Shown here: positions 9,047 to 23,395 of the stretch, piece after piece
Numbering within the stretch: position 1 is the first letter of the stretch
How the letters are laid out: each line of letters opens with the position of its first letter
Source of the DNA: Patellaria atrata CBS 101060
Lineage: Eukaryota
Direction of reading: 5' to 3'
NCBI GenBank assembly: GCA_010093705.1
Contig: MU006100.1
Coordinates: 408,745-472,744 of the forward strand
Length of the DNA: 64,000 nucleotides
Notes under the pieces: generated by a model
What the model saw: the letters and a program-made list of their open reading frames with translations, nothing else
Databases searched by the model: none
Told to the model about the DNA's origin: nothing
Made by a program: the position numbers and the translations under genes

Positions 9047-12000
9047 ATGGCAGACAACCAGGTCAATAGGCCTCACCGAACCTCCAAAGACAAAAAGAAG
9101 GGCGGTAAAAGTCACACAAGCGGTTTGCACCCTCCAATTCCCATTCCACTGTACCTGCTAATATTATCAACTAGCGCCGAACCCCAAAGCCTTCGCCTTC
9201 GCCGCCCCAGGGAGAGCAGCGAAACAAGCAGTGAGATCGCACGATGTCAAGGAGAAACGGCTGCATGTTCCCCTCGTCGATCGCATACCGGAGGAGGCGC
9301 CGCCGATCGTCGTTGCTGTCGTGGGACCACCTGGAGTTGGAAAGACTACGTTGATCAAGTCACTTATCAGACGGTATACGAAACAGACCCTCTCCGCACC
9401 TACTGGGCCCCTCACAGTCGTGACGTCGAAACGCCGGCGATTGACATTTATCGAATGTCCGTCCGATTCACTGGCTAGTATGATCGACATCGCGAAGGTG
9501 GTGGATATAGTTCTGCTCATGATCGACGGGAACTATGGCTTCGAGATGGAAACGATGGAGTTCTTGAACGTGCTTTCGGCGAGTGGAATGCCGGGCAATG
9601 TATTTGGCATTCTTACTCATTTGGATCTATTCAAGAAGCAAGAGACCCTGAAGGCGCAGAAGAAGCGGTTAAAACATAGGTTCTGGAGTGAATTGTACCA
9701 AGGCGCAAAGCTGTTCTACTTATCTGGAGTTGCGAATGGACGATACCCGGACCGTGAAGTTCTCAATTTGTCTCGATTCCTATCTGTTATGAAGAATCCA
9801 CGACCGCTGGTCTGGCGAAACTCTCATCCGTACTGCCTCGCCGATCGATTTCTAGACATCACCCCCCCTACAGCGATTGAAGAAGACCCAAAATGTGATC
9901 GGACAATAGCTCTATATGGATATCTAAGAGGTACAAATTTTCCAGCGGATGGAGCAAGAGTCCATATCCCTGGTGTTGGAGATCTAAATGTGGCAAATAT
10001 AGAGGCATTACCTGATCCGTGTCCAACGCCTTATATGGATCAAGCTATCGCTAAAGCTACTGGGAAGACTACTAGACGGCGCTTGGGAGAGAAACAAAAG
10101 ATTCTATTTGCACCAATGTCAGATGTAGGCGGTGTATTAGTAGATAAAGATGCCGTTTATATCGATATCAAAACCTCAACTTTTGACCGCGAAGTAGCGG
10201 GATCGGGAGAACGCGGTTTGGGTGAACAGCTTGTTGTTAATCTTCAAGGAGAGCGCAAGCTTCTAGGACACGCAGACAGTGGCATAAAATTATTCAGTAA
10301 TGGAGAATTCATCGATAAGACAGCTGATGAGGATGCCGAAAACTCTGGTAGGAATGTGCGACGTAATGCTCGCATCGTTGATAGGGAGGAAAATGACGAC
10401 CTAGATGAAGATGAGGGATTCGGAAGTAGTGAAGAGGAGGGTGAAGAAGAAGACATGAATGGATTCGGCTCGGATGAAGATGACACTGGCGAGATCGAAT
10501 CAGAGGCTGTTGCGGATAGCCGACTAGGGCGTGCGTTCCGAAAATCTACTGATAAACCTACAAATGGTGGTACTAATGAAGGGGATCTTCATTTCGCAGA
10601 TAGTGATTCGGATCTTGGTTCGATATCTTCCGTTGAGGGCCAGGAGCTAGAAGATGAGTATGACGAGGAAGATTCAGACGACGATGGTGCTACACGATGG
10701 AAATCGAATCTTGTGGAAAATGCACAGAGATTACATGGTAAAAAGCTACCATATAGAGTTGGGGAGCTATCACGTCTGATGTACAACGGATTACTATCAG
10801 CAGCAGAGGTTCTCGCAAAATGGCGCGGTCAAGGTGAAGACTCTGCAAGTACGGAGTTAGAGAATAATGAAGGAGAAGATGATTTTTTCAAAAGGGCGGC
10901 TGGACCTGACAGTGCCGAGGAATCTGAGGATAGACATATGCCCCGGTATAATTATGAAGAGCTAGAACAGAAATGGACGGATGAGGACAATATCGAAGAA
11001 CTTCGTCAGAGATTTTCATCCGCACGTCTACTCAAAGGTGATGAGGGTGAAGGGGACGAGGAAGACGAAGATGAGTTCGACGGCGTTAGTGGCGAGGATG
11101 ACGAAGGGGATGGTGCATTCGAGGATCTTGAAACCGGTGAAACCTTCGGTGGTGACAAACCAAATTGGGAGGAAAATGATGAAGCTAAAGCCATTGAAGC
11201 CGAACGGAAGAAGAACGCACGTAAAAAGGAGGAGCTCAAGCTCCGATTTGAGGAAGAGGATCGTGAAGGTTTCGCAAATGATAAAGCTAATGAACGAGCA
11301 CAAAGTGGAGCAGAGGAGCCAGAATTCGGAGAAGATGACTGGTATGATGCACAGAAAGCAATGATTCAAAAGCAACTCAACATCAACCGGAATGAATTTG
11401 ATAGGATGGATGAGATCTCTCGAATCAGAGTGGAAGGCCACAAAGCGGGTACTTACGCAAGGATCGTACTCGAAAATGTCCCATACGAATTCTCAGTTGC
11501 GTTCAACCCGCGGAACCCTATTCTGATAGGTGGCCTGACTTCCACTGAGGACCGATTTGGGTTCGTTCAAGTTCGTATCAAGCGTCATCGGTGGCATAAG
11601 AAAATCCTCAAGACTAACGATCCACTCATCTTTTCCCTCGGTTGGCGTAGATTCCAGACAATGCCTCTCTATAGCATATCTGATTCTCGGACAAGAAATC
11701 GAATGCTTAAGTATACTCCGGAGCACATGCACTGCTTCGGAACTTTCTATGGACCGCTGATTGCCCCAAATACTGGATTCTGCTGTGTTCAATCATTCTC
11801 AAATAAAAGCCCAGGCTTTAGAATCGCGGCCACTGGCGTGGTGTTGAATGTAGATGAAAGTACTGAAATAGTTAAGAAGCTCAAGCTTACTGGGCATCCG
11901 TACAAGATTTTCAAGAATACCGCTTTCATCAAAGACATGTTCAGCACATCTTTAGAGATTGCGAAATTCGAGGGGGCAAGCATCCGGACAGTTTCAGGTA

Positions 12001-12656
12001 TCCGAGGTCAGATCAAAAGAGCATTAAGTAAACCTGAGGGTAACTTCCGTGCCACGTTCGAGGATAAGGTTCTTATGAGTGATATCGTCTTCCTACGAGC
12101 TTGGTATCCGGTGAAGCCGCATCGATTTTACAATCCGGTAACGAATCTCTTGACGTTACCCGGTTCCAACGCCGATGGTGAGGACAAGGGCTGGGTTGGT
12201 ATGCGGCTGACAGGTCAAGTCCGACATGAGGAAGGCTTGCCGACACCAAAGAATAAGAATTCGGCTTACCGGGCTATTGAGCGTCCGAACCGGCATTTCA
12301 ATCCACTTCGAATCCCTAGGAAACTTGCAGCTGATCTTCCATTCAGCTCGCAGCCAGTTCAGATGAAGCCGCAAAAGAAGCAGACTTATTTACAGAAACG
12401 CGCTGTTGTCGCTACAAAGGAAGAAAAGAAGGCTAGAAGTCTGATGCACCAGGTGATGACTCTTCGGAACGAGAAGGTTGAGAAGAGACGAGCTGCACAA
12501 GAGAAGAGAAGAGAGGGCTACAGGAAGAAAGTGGCGGAGAACGAAGAGAAACGTTCAGAACGGGAGAAGAGAGAAAAGGATGATTACTGGCGAAGAGAAG
12601 GTAAGAAAAGGAAGACGACAGAGGGAGGAGGAGGCGGAGGTAAACGTAGAAAGTGA
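9047..12656 (+). CDS. BMS1: Ribosome biogenesis GTPase Bms1 (one intron ~9123-9174)
   Basis: NPKAFAF..RSHDVKEKRLHVPLVDR, P-loop GPPGVGKTT, RIKRHRWHKKILKTNDP, RNRMLKYTPEHMHC, long acidic middle region. Confidence 0.98.
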
Positions 12657-13742
12657 AGCTGCATCCGACCTCATTATATCCTTCCCCTTTAGCTAGTTAC
12701 CCTTCGTCGCTTCCATTTGTATATATACCTCCACTGCATACCTTATCTTATCTTAGCGTTCAGGTTTTGCATACCGTATGGTTGTAAGGTATTCCATCCG
12801 AGATTTGATCTCTTCTGAAAATTCATTACACCTTAATCTCCATTGAAGAATGCGTTGTAAGCATTTCTACATTTCCATTCTGTTCTTCATTGTATCGTGT
12901 ATCGCGGATCCCGGAAAGGATTTACCTCTTGTCTGGTTGCGGCATCTTTAGGCGTTATACTTGGGGTCATTTTGTGCATGCACATATCCGAATGGTTTGC
13001 ATAAACTCAACGGAAATCTGGGCTGCGAACGTGTTGCGCAATCACCGCGCGGACCGTCACGAGCGTTGCCCTGTGCATTCGCAATCCCGCTGGCCTCCAA
13101 AGTCCAAACGCCCAGACGAAAGGACCCGTCACCCGTTCGGGGTCGCGCTTCGGAGGCAGCAGAATTAATTCGAGTTTAGAGCGCGTCTTCCTCTCCTCGG
13201 AATCTCTGCTGACCCTCAATTCTTCATTCTCTCCCACAAACTTCTTTATCGTTTTGGTTATACTCTTTTGTTCCGCGGCCTTGGACGTGTTATCGCTTTC
13301 GGGTTTGGTTTCAAGCGGTGAGTTACCGGTTGACATCTGCACGTCTACCCTGCAGTTGGCTGGAAGATTTTAACGCGCGACCCGTGATCTCGTCTCGTTG
13401 TCCCTCCCGCACAAGCCCCGCTGGAGAAGACTTACCCTCACTGCTTTGTTCGAAACCTCTCTCAACCTGTACCGGAATAGCCTGTTTGAACTTCAGGACG
13501 TGTCATATCATTATTATCATCTTCAACCTCACAGGACGAAGTATCTGGACTTCTGATCATCCTCTTACACCAAGCAATTCTTGAGTTGGTGCGCGTCTTG
13601 CCCTCACAAGACCGCGTCGCCTTTCGCCAGCAAAGCCAAGTTAGCCAACCATTGTGTCATCGTTCATCGCTGTCACGCTCCATATCTACACTGTAAGCGT
13701 TGATCTTGGATCTGCAACTGAACTCCAACGAAATATTCCCAT

Positions 13743-15368
13743 ATGGGAACTTTACAGCATCCCGCGCAAGATCCTATGAGCCATACTTCCACTCTAAGCC
13801 GAGGAGCGGAGGCTCGCGCCCATAAGGCGGCACGAGCTACGTACCCCACTGCGAGGATCGGTGAGTCGCGTCTACCAACTTACAGTCCATTCAAGGCCAT
13901 ATCTCAACCTGAACGCGATACAGATATCGGGGAGAGCGTTTCTACCTCTGGGACAACTGTCAAAGATGCTACTCATTTTGGCGTTGACTCCAATTCACAA
14001 GAGTCATACATATCTACTTCCAGCAGCAACAGCTCTATACCCCAGCTTTTTCCTTCTTCCAGCAATATCTCTACTGTAAGCGCACCAGATACAGAATTAG
14101 CCAGTCCATCATCTGTGAGTATGCCTTCTAGTCAATCACAGCAAGAGAAAGCGAGTCCGAAAAGCCAGAAGTTCTTTAATGAGGACCGTGGTGGGCAGGC
14201 AAGGCCACTGACACCGAGGATCGATACTGAGATGAAGGATGGAGTTGACGTAGCCGATGTGAATCCGAGTCCGATGGTGGTGGATACGCCGGTGTTGGCG
14301 CAGGGTTCGAAGAGGACAGCGAGTGGTGCGATCAAGTCGTCAGTGTTAAATCCGTTTCCCACGGCTCTGAGTGCTCCGCGGCATTCCAGAATAGGAAGTA
14401 CCGAAATGGGTCCTAATAGGATTGTGGAGGTATGTTACCATGTACTTTATTTCCTATTTAGGGTTTGATGCTGACGTTTTATAAAGCTATCCGCACAACT
14501 CAAAGCTCGTCTCTCGTACGCGATGATCAAGGTCCAAAATGGCTGGGAGCGCCGTTCAATCGAGGATCTCGAGGAAATGTCCTCGCGGAGGGCATCACCA
14601 GCTCTTGATAGCTCCCTCGCCTCACCGGCAGTGAGCACTTTTGACCGCGCTCGTCGACCAAGCGGACTCTCCGAAAGTTCAGACCGTCTTCTTCGCTCAC
14701 CTGGTAGTCAAGGAAGTCCTGTTCGTGCCAGATTCGCTCACTCCAATTACTCCCCTCCGAGTACTTCATCAGCACTATCGAAACCCGTTCTTCAACCAAA
14801 CTATGCTTCCTTCTGGGCGGACCAATCCAGCAGCGAACCCTCCAACCTCTCTACTTCGGTTCCAACAGGAGGACTTGCCCCAGCTCCAGAGCTTGTATCC
14901 CGTCGAAACAGACGCTCAAATACCACCAACGTCCCGCCGATGCTAGGATCCACTCCTCGTTCCAGCAAAAACTATAGTAGTCTGACATCACCCACAACTC
15001 CCACAGCAACGACTCGGCCCGCTCGCCAAGGCATCCTGCGCATGCCTAGTCAGCAGGCGGAGAAGGATGCTGTCGATACGCTACTCTTCATGAGTAGTCC
15101 GAACAATTCGGCTCGTATAGCGCATACGAGTTTGAATTCAGTCCAACCTAGTCCTTTAAGAACTGAGTTCCCAGCCAAAAAGGTCGTATTTGAGCAGCCG
15201 GGGACGGTCGGACGAGAATCAGTTCGTGTTAGAGCCGCTCCGCCAACGACTAGCTGGGTGTCGGTGAACGGTACACCGCCGAGCAAGGGACAAACCATAT
15301 TAGTCGACGACAGCGAAAGTGACGACGATATCCCAGTCTTCGATAGGAGGAAGGCAAAACATTCTTAA
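13743..15368 (+). CDS. Whi5/Nrm1-family G1/S transcriptional repressor (intron 14430-14486)
   Basis: Spliced LSAQLKARLSYAMIKVQNGWERRSIEDLE (Whi5/GTB motif), EKDAVDTLLFMSSP, and many S/T-P CDK-type sites. Confidence 0.88.
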
Positions 15369-17039
15369 AGCATAATTATAGAGGTTACCCGGAGAAAAAA
15401 GTGTAGAATGTGTTTAGATACGGCGGTTGTTGGCAACTATTGGGCTGTATATGTATCTTTGCATCAACAGGTCTTGGCGGATGATCGGGCGATACCCCAC
15501 TGCATTGATAGCTTTGACGACTTGACGGATGGCTTCTTAACGGGTTTGATACATGGTTGGGCGGATAGGGGGTGTTATGATGAGGTGGTTGAACTTGTAG
15601 TATAGGAACATTATAGCAGATGGGTGGGTAATGAAATGAGAATGGTACAATGATTCGATTATGAGGTCCTTGAATACTGTAGTGTACTGTATATTTAACG
15701 TGAAAGAATCGACGACACATGAAGGTCCCGTAATTGCACAGATGCTTTGATCCTACATAACAGCTCGTTGTTTATCATACGTTGACCGATTTCGTACAAA
15801 CTACCCCTTTCACACGCTCCAACCTCCCGTGACTCCCGTATCCCACACCCCCTAGACAACCCCAAGTCCCATACCGTACACTACAGCAGGCAACTCAGCC
15901 GAAGTCACGTCTCACACCCTCCCAGTCACATTCGCAATCCCGAACTTTTCCTTAGCAGGTCACCTCATAAGCAACCCCAACCGGAAGCTCTTCCATCGAA
16001 TCCAGGCATTTGACCGAGTAAGCGGGAAATTCGCGTGGAATAGTAGAACCGCTGGTTCTATAACTATCTTAAAAGTATCACGAAAACCAACCAATAAGGT
16101 TCTCCACAAGACGTTCCGACGGTCTCTTAAAAACTTTCCACCGCCGATAGAACTAATTCTGATCCAAGCATTGTCGAAGTCCTTCCGTACCCCGATACCT
16201 TGATACTACCGTATTCCACCTTACCTTAGAACAACCAGGTCTAAAATGAAAACAGAGTTGTTTCTTTAAGAACTATAGTATTATAATAACTGGGCTGGAT
16301 TGAACTGAGCCGGTATACTCCCTGATACCCGACACGCGATGTCCGATGGAAACCGGATGCTGTAGTTACCGTATCGGGTTTTTCTAACGGGAGATGGTGG
16401 TGCGCCACGAAAGCTTGGTCGGAGTAAGGTTCTGGGGGTGGTTATAAGTGGTTAGAGCTAGCGACAACACTAACGGCGGCCATTAGCTCGTGGAACCCCC
16501 TAACCTTACCCTATACCTTGCCGACATTGTATCTTATGTGACCGGAGACCCTCGGGGAAGGGGAAAAAAAAAGGGGGGGGAGGGGGTACCGTATTACAGT
16601 TATTACTTGCCTTCTTGCCTTACCTCCAAGATTGGGTACTAGCAGTTCAGTCCTACGTCAGTTGAATGCGCCTGCGCATACGAAAAGGGGATATCTTGGA
16701 CTCGGGTGGGGGTTATATGGGTTTATAACTAGGGCGTAAGGGAGTGATATGGTATTGTAACTCCGCCCGAGACCATTCCTTCAATCAATGAAAGGTCTGT
16801 ACAATTCCACTTCCAGGTTAACTATGCACAGATTGATAACCATGTCATCCGTTGCCAATTGTGCATATAACCAAGAGTTATCTTATTCTGATAACCAATC
16901 CCAGTTTGTACAGTACCTGTACTTCAATCCATATATTCATTTCTCACCCTTACCCAATACTCTGTTCATGTCATGACTGCTACAATCGAGTAATCAAACC
17001 TTACTCTCAAAACGGGATCCGGGCGGCATCTGGTGACAC

Positions 17040-18072
17040 TCATGCACCCTCGCTCTTCGCTGAACTCTCGCCATCCTATCCATCAAACACAATCTTAGCT
17101 GACATGTTGATGAATCGACCAGTATAGTTATACTCATAACTCACCGGTCCCCGGGGAATAGTACCGCCGTCCTGCTCTCCAATATCTCCCGGCTTCTCAA
17201 CCTTCTCCCAGTCCTCGTCTCCTTCTCCCTCATACTCGGTCTTCACCCTCTTCGTTTCGGGTTCCTCAGCATCCTTAGGATCGGTAGTGGGTGGATCCGG
17301 TAGTTTTTCTGATAGTTCTTCGGTGTTCGTATCGGTTGTCGGTTCAGGTTCTGGCGCTTCTTCGACAGGTGGGAAGAACCTCCTATACCAAATCAGCTCC
17401 AGCTTGTCCCAAAATCCCTTCCTGCTCCAGCACCATGGAAACCTACGGCAGTGTCTCCAGATAAGCATCCTCATCCTTCTCCATAAAATTACAAAACACA
17501 ATCTTATCTAGCGTATCCCCCTTCCCCTCATCCAAAAACCTTCTAACCGCACCAATCGCCGCCGCCGCCGCCTCATCACTCGGATATCCGTAAACCCCCG
17601 TACTGAGAGCCGAAAACGCAATACTCTTCATCCCATTATCGACCGCGAGCTGCAGACTCGTACGGTAGCAGCTCTGCAGTAAGCTCGTATGTCTTCCCAC
17701 TCTCTTCGTGATGATATAGATAGGTCCCACAGCGTGGATGACTTTCTTGCACGGCAGTTCGTACGCCCCGGTTATCTTCGCGGAACCAGTTTCGCACCCG
17801 TTCAACCCCTCACATTCGCGCAGTAGGTTAGGTCCGGCGCCGCGGTGGATGGCGCCGTCGACCCCGCCGCCACCGAGGAGGGACTCGTTGGCTGCGTTGA
17901 CGATGCTGTCAAGTTTCAGTTTTGTAATATCGTGTCGGATTAGGGCGATCTTGTCGTTATATGCTTTGGAAGGCGGTGGGGTTGATACGGTAGGTGAGGG
18001 CGGGGCGAGGTGATTGAGCTTGTAGAGGAGGGTTAGGGTTGGAATTTCGGAGAGTGGTATGAGGGAGGCCAT
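17040..18072 (-). CDS. Macrodomain protein (MacroD / O-acetyl-ADP-ribose deacetylase-like), 3 exons
   Basis: DITKLKLDSIVNAANESLLGGGGVDGAIHRGAG, VIHAVGP and STGVYGYP. Acidic C-terminal tail. Last exon inferred from GTGAGT..GCTAAG..TAG. Confidence 0.93.
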
Positions 18073-19060
18073 GTTTTCTAAACGGAGTGTACTATATCGT
18101 GAGGAGATTCGATACGATAGAGTTATTATTGTGGTTTTGAGAAGGAAGTTAAGGACTCAATGGTTAACTGAGACGTTTTAGGGTTGCCTGCTGCGGGAAC
18201 AGGAGCCTTCAGGTGTAGCTGACGTGGGGAAGGAGCTATGGCTGCAACATGGTCCGGGTGCTAGGGCCGATCGCATGAACGAAAACGTCAACACCTCAGT
18301 TCGTCCAAAACTCCGAGAATACAACACATCATTCCAGTTACGCGGAAGGTTGAAACATCACCACGTAGTATATGGTCTCTAGGGACATGGAGAGAACTAC
18401 TCGTGCAGCTGTAACGCCAAGAATATTATAAGCCTAATAGCAGAACCCCCAACATCCCAGTACTTCCAAAATCCCCAGCGATACGGAGGTGCACACGAAG
18501 AAACCGACCATAACGGAGAAGACATACATAATCCCAACCAGCACAGTAAACAAAAAGTCCCCAGCACCTCCATCGCGCGACGTATCTATGGCGTACAGTT
18601 GAGAAAAAGAGTCTATGTTCTGGAGCCGCGTGGTAAGTTGAGGCAGTACAGTTCAGCGGAAGTCCTATGTACTGGATACGGTACGGTGAAAGAGGAGCTT
18701 CAGGGGTTCGGGTACGGCTAGTTTGTTATGGGATATATCGAGAAGAGGGTTTCTACGCTTAGGTTGACTCGCATACAACTTCAACCTGTATATTTAGCTG
18801 TAGAGGGGCTCGTACGCGAGGCTTGAAGTTCTGAGAGCAGTCCCATTATTGTTACTCCGAGCCGTACGGTATATCCGAACCCACATGAAACGCCCGTGCT
18901 TTGAAGCCGTGTCGGGCGATGATGAACTGAACGGTACGGCGACGTCAAAGTGTAAGAAATCGTCATTCATAAGCTTCTAGCATCTATCACATATACACGT
19001 ACAAGGGTATCCAACTCCTACTCCCTTACTTTACACATCACCCGTTCATCTTCTTAACAT

Positions 19061-20874
19061 TCATGCTTCCACCGCCGTCTTCTTAGTCCTGTACTTCTTC
19101 AAACTCAAAAATTGATACAGATCCTCCCACAACCCCAACGGTGGATCAATGCTAGCCTCATACCTATCGATAATCGGACGTTCCCACACCAAATCCGCCT
19201 CCTCAGGCTTGACCAACTTCGTCCTCTTAATCAACTTCCACCCAAAGTAGAACACAGGACACGCAATTATCATTGTATAATACGTAAAGAACGTGCCGAT
19301 ATCCCAGTTTCCAGGCAAGAAGACAGTATAGCCCTGAATGAACACAATGATAAACGTAAAGACCAGCGCATAGTACGCAAGCCATGGTTGCCACCAACTG
19401 CGATATGGGAACGCTTTGCGATCATACCCCTGCGCTTTAACCGCGCGGTAGAAGAAAATATAGGTCGTAGACATGATGACGTAGTTGAGAACCTGAGAGG
19501 CGGTGACGATGTTGACGAGCCATTTGATCGCTTGAGCGGAGCCAGCGCTGACAGATAAGAAGGAGATGCAAGGGAAGACCATGACGACGCAGAAACAGTA
19601 GATCGGAATGCCATTCTTAGTTGTCTTGCGGAGGAAACGCGGAGCTTGGCCGTCGAGGGAGAGACCGTAGAGGGACCGGGTTGCGCAGTAGACGTAGGAG
19701 TTACCGGCAGAGAAGATCGAGGTGACGAGCAGAGCATTCGTGAGATCTGGAAGAACGGTAATACCCAGATTTTGCATGGCTACAACGTAGGGGCTCGCAG
19801 CGCCGGTGCCGGTACCCTGAGTGTTGAGGACATTGAGAAGGGTGGGGTCATTATAGGGGACAACGACACCGACGCAAAGGGCTCCAAGAATGAAGAAGCC
19901 GCCAAAGCGCCAGTACACGGTTTTGAAAGCCTGCTTGATGGTTACGCGCGGGTAGATGGCTTCTCCTGCGACCATCGCGATGTATTCCGGGCCAACTACA
20001 GTCCAAGCCGCAGTAAAGAGAGCTGCAAGGAAACCTTGAAAACGGCCAAGAGCGCCAGTAGTTACGGATTCAGCAAAAGCGCCTGGGGTGTTCCAGTAGC
20101 GAAATCCATATGCGTCGTGTTTGGGATTTCCACCGACCTAAAAGGGGTGATCAGTTTGACAAATAGGGATGATTTTGACCGCAGATCAACGTACCATGGT
20201 GATGAAGGTGAAAAAAGTTAAAATGAAGATAAGAAGCAGTTTTCCTGAAGCAAGCCAAAATTCTGCTTCTCCATATAACTTAACGACGAAAATATTGATA
20301 ATGCTATGATGCATATTAGCTCAGAAAATACATGCAGACCTTAACGTAGCTCTTACCCGTAGAGTACAATGCATGCAGCTACTACAGCAGCGACGGGAAT
20401 ATCATCACGCCAGTATGTAAGTACCAGATTCAGTGCTGAGATCTCGAAAGGGATAAGAATAGCTTCGTAAAGAAAGAAATTCCAGCCCGCCGCGAAACCG
20501 AAGGCCTCGTCAACCCATTTGCCAGCAAATCGTATGAACGAGCCAGACACCGGCATAAAGACGGCCATCTCAGCCATCCCGGAGTTGACAGCAGCGACGA
20601 CTGTGCAATAGAATAAAAACGCAATGAAAAGGCTTCCCGGACCACCTCCAATGAGACCCCAACCGATTGAGACGAATAAGGCAGTACCGATAGAACCACC
20701 TATAGCGATCCACTGTATCATACGATTCGAAAGCTTGCGATGAAGACCGTCAACATTCATAACAATACCATCTTCGACGGCCGAGCCTCTTCGCTGGGCT
20801 TCCTCGTAGGTTGGCGCATAGTCGCCATCCTTGGAGTCTACCACATAGGTTTCTTTCGTGTCCTTCGAGTCCAT
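19061..20874 (-). CDS. APC-superfamily (YAT) amino-acid permease, Agp2-like
   Basis: LHRKLSNRMIQWIAIGGSIGTALF, EMAVFMPVSGSF, YGEAEFW, MVAGEA.YPR, SAGNSYVYCATRSLYGL; multiple hydrophobic segments; two introns. Confidence 0.95.
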
Positions 20875-23395
20875 AGTGGTGAATTGAAAAGGAAAGCGTG
20901 TGAAGGTTGTTACGATCCCAGAGACCCGGGATGGTGTAGAGTATTTGTACCTATGCGGGGATCCTCCCCTTGTACTACATTGATCCAACTTATGTTTGGC
21001 GCCAGAGATGCAAGGTTTCTCTGTAGAGTGGGGAGAAGTTTTGAGATCTGGACAAGGATAGCTCAAGAGCTTCCACATTCAGATGGAGTAACGCTAAAGC
21101 ATCTATCGTAGATAAGTTAGAAATAAGCAAAAACACCGGCAGATCTAACGTTTTTCCGGGATTGATTAACATGTAATTTTCGACTCACGATCCGTAGTCG
21201 AGTTATCCTATCACACGCCATCCTCACATGCGAAGTGACAAATGGTCTGGACGAGAATCTCAGAGGTGCATTAAGAAACGCAGTGACATACTTGGCGATA
21301 GACAAGGAAATACTGAGATATGCGTTCAATGATACATTACCGCAAGACTGTAGAAAGAGTCCATACTACACATCTTTATTGTCGTCAACATCTCTATTGC
21401 TCCATGTAAGTAAATTTGGTCAAAGATAAGGACCCTTATGCGGTAAAAACGTCAGGGAACTTAATACCATAGTGGGCGAAGATTAACCTCATCACTCATC
21501 TGCAAGCAGTACCCGGAGCTTTCTCATTTGCGTCCACTACGAGGTGTACCCATGGAGGTAACCCTGCGACCAGGCGATACAGAAGTCTTGGGTGATGTTG
21601 TTAGTTTAGAAAAGCTCTAACCGAAAAAGCATTTTGTTACTCAAAAAATCCACGAAGTGGTTGAAGACGGGCATGAAAGCCAGCCTCTAAATTCTAGCAT
21701 ATCCCGTGTGGCTTTGGACAACGTCTTAAGATCTACGACGTTTTCGAAAATCTTGACTGAGTTTTGCCAGAGGTGATGGAAATGGTGGTGTCTGAAGTCA
21801 AGGAGAGAATCTTATCATCCTTAGAAGCTTACCTAGAAAGGAATAGTTCATATTAGAACTACCTTAGCTTGTCGAGCGCCTGAACTCGGTGGAGGCGAAC
21901 TTCAGGTTATCTTCACTTGGAGGCGAACCAACTGCATCACCGCACTACCTCTTCAGCTGCAATTCCCCAGCACATCTAGCCCGTTCGTCCAAGATAAATC
22001 TGAGTATTTGAGATCGATGAACCCTGCTCTTGGTATTCCGATTGCCCAATTCAGCAAAAATCCGGGTTATCAATTCTCATGTGCGGTTACTTCACCGTGA
22101 AGGGGGATCCTCGCCATAAGATTTCCACATCGCCGCTCTTTTGCCTCTTTCAACTTGGTGTAGACTTCTGGATCAAGCAGTTATCTTTCCCTCACTTGCG
22201 GTTAGTAACCCTGGGTCCGCTGCACACCTCAAGTACAAGTGGCATGTACGGTCATCTGTACCTCTCTATGTGATGCAAGTACAGTACATACATGGTGTAC
22301 TCGCTGGCCAGGGTACTGAAATGTCGCGATGATTCGTACACTGCAAACATCTGTAAGGTCTAAAGTAGTTCCTCAGTTGGTCGTTACTATGCAACGAAGT
22401 AAAGTTCCTTGAAAAATTAGCCACATAGTGGGTAGAGGAGGAACACGACAAGACAATGAGATTCTGCTGAATCCTTTCCGGATGCCTCCAGATTCGAGAA
22501 TGTATGAGGTATGGTGAACATGATGCTGATCGTATATACTCGATGTACCGACGGGATCTGTCCGATCGGGTCTCGACTGCCTTTCACTCCTAATCTCCGT
22601 TGTTCTATGAAAGTTGGTATTTTTTAAGGAAGGGTCCCTTTGATTAGGCGACTATTTTAGCATTAGGAATTCGATAAGAGTAGATGGTATTATCTCAAAG
22701 TAGAACTATAGCAGCTCCTGGAGTACTCATCTTTGAAGCGTCACTCCTTATTCATCACCCCTCGGCCGCACCTTTCAGTAAATGAATATTCCAAGTGTTC
22801 AAGGAGGACATGAGAGGGATTTAAAGGATTGAAAGTGGAGTTCTTGACACATAGAAACTGTTTAGAGGATACTAAGGTAGAGTGGACGTGCTAATTCTGA
22901 TACCATATCACGTGGTTCCATGATTGGGTAGTAGTTTCAGCGACTCCACCTTCCCCAATTGTCGTTGGTACTGTATGCTTACATTGCTGTACAGCATGTG
23001 TACTGAAGGAGATCATATTATTGAAGTCTAAAGAACAGACGTACTCGAGGATCTGTATATTAAAGACTGTATAAAACTCTTAGAGGCTTTAAGCATCAGA
23101 GTACGATTAGGGTACAGTGAGCCACGCATGCCACGATAGGGGACGGGATACACGTTTGGAACATTATAAGTATTCATGCGTTATAGTTCATATTGTCTGT
23201 CTAGTTTCTATCCCATTCCCGCCAATTGCATCCGTTTCTTTACTGAATGTAGATCCAGCCCTGATAGGTGCCAGAATGAGCATGAAAGGGATATGATCTA
23301 CTCAACAACCCACGACAATATCCTCAGATCCATCCTGCAGTCTCGCAACGGATTCCCATCCGGGCCCATCCTTTCACACGCGCGTTCAGCGGACC

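Noticed and set aside
16555..16587. G/A homopolymer tract
   Set aside because: Simple sequence; no specific function supportable.
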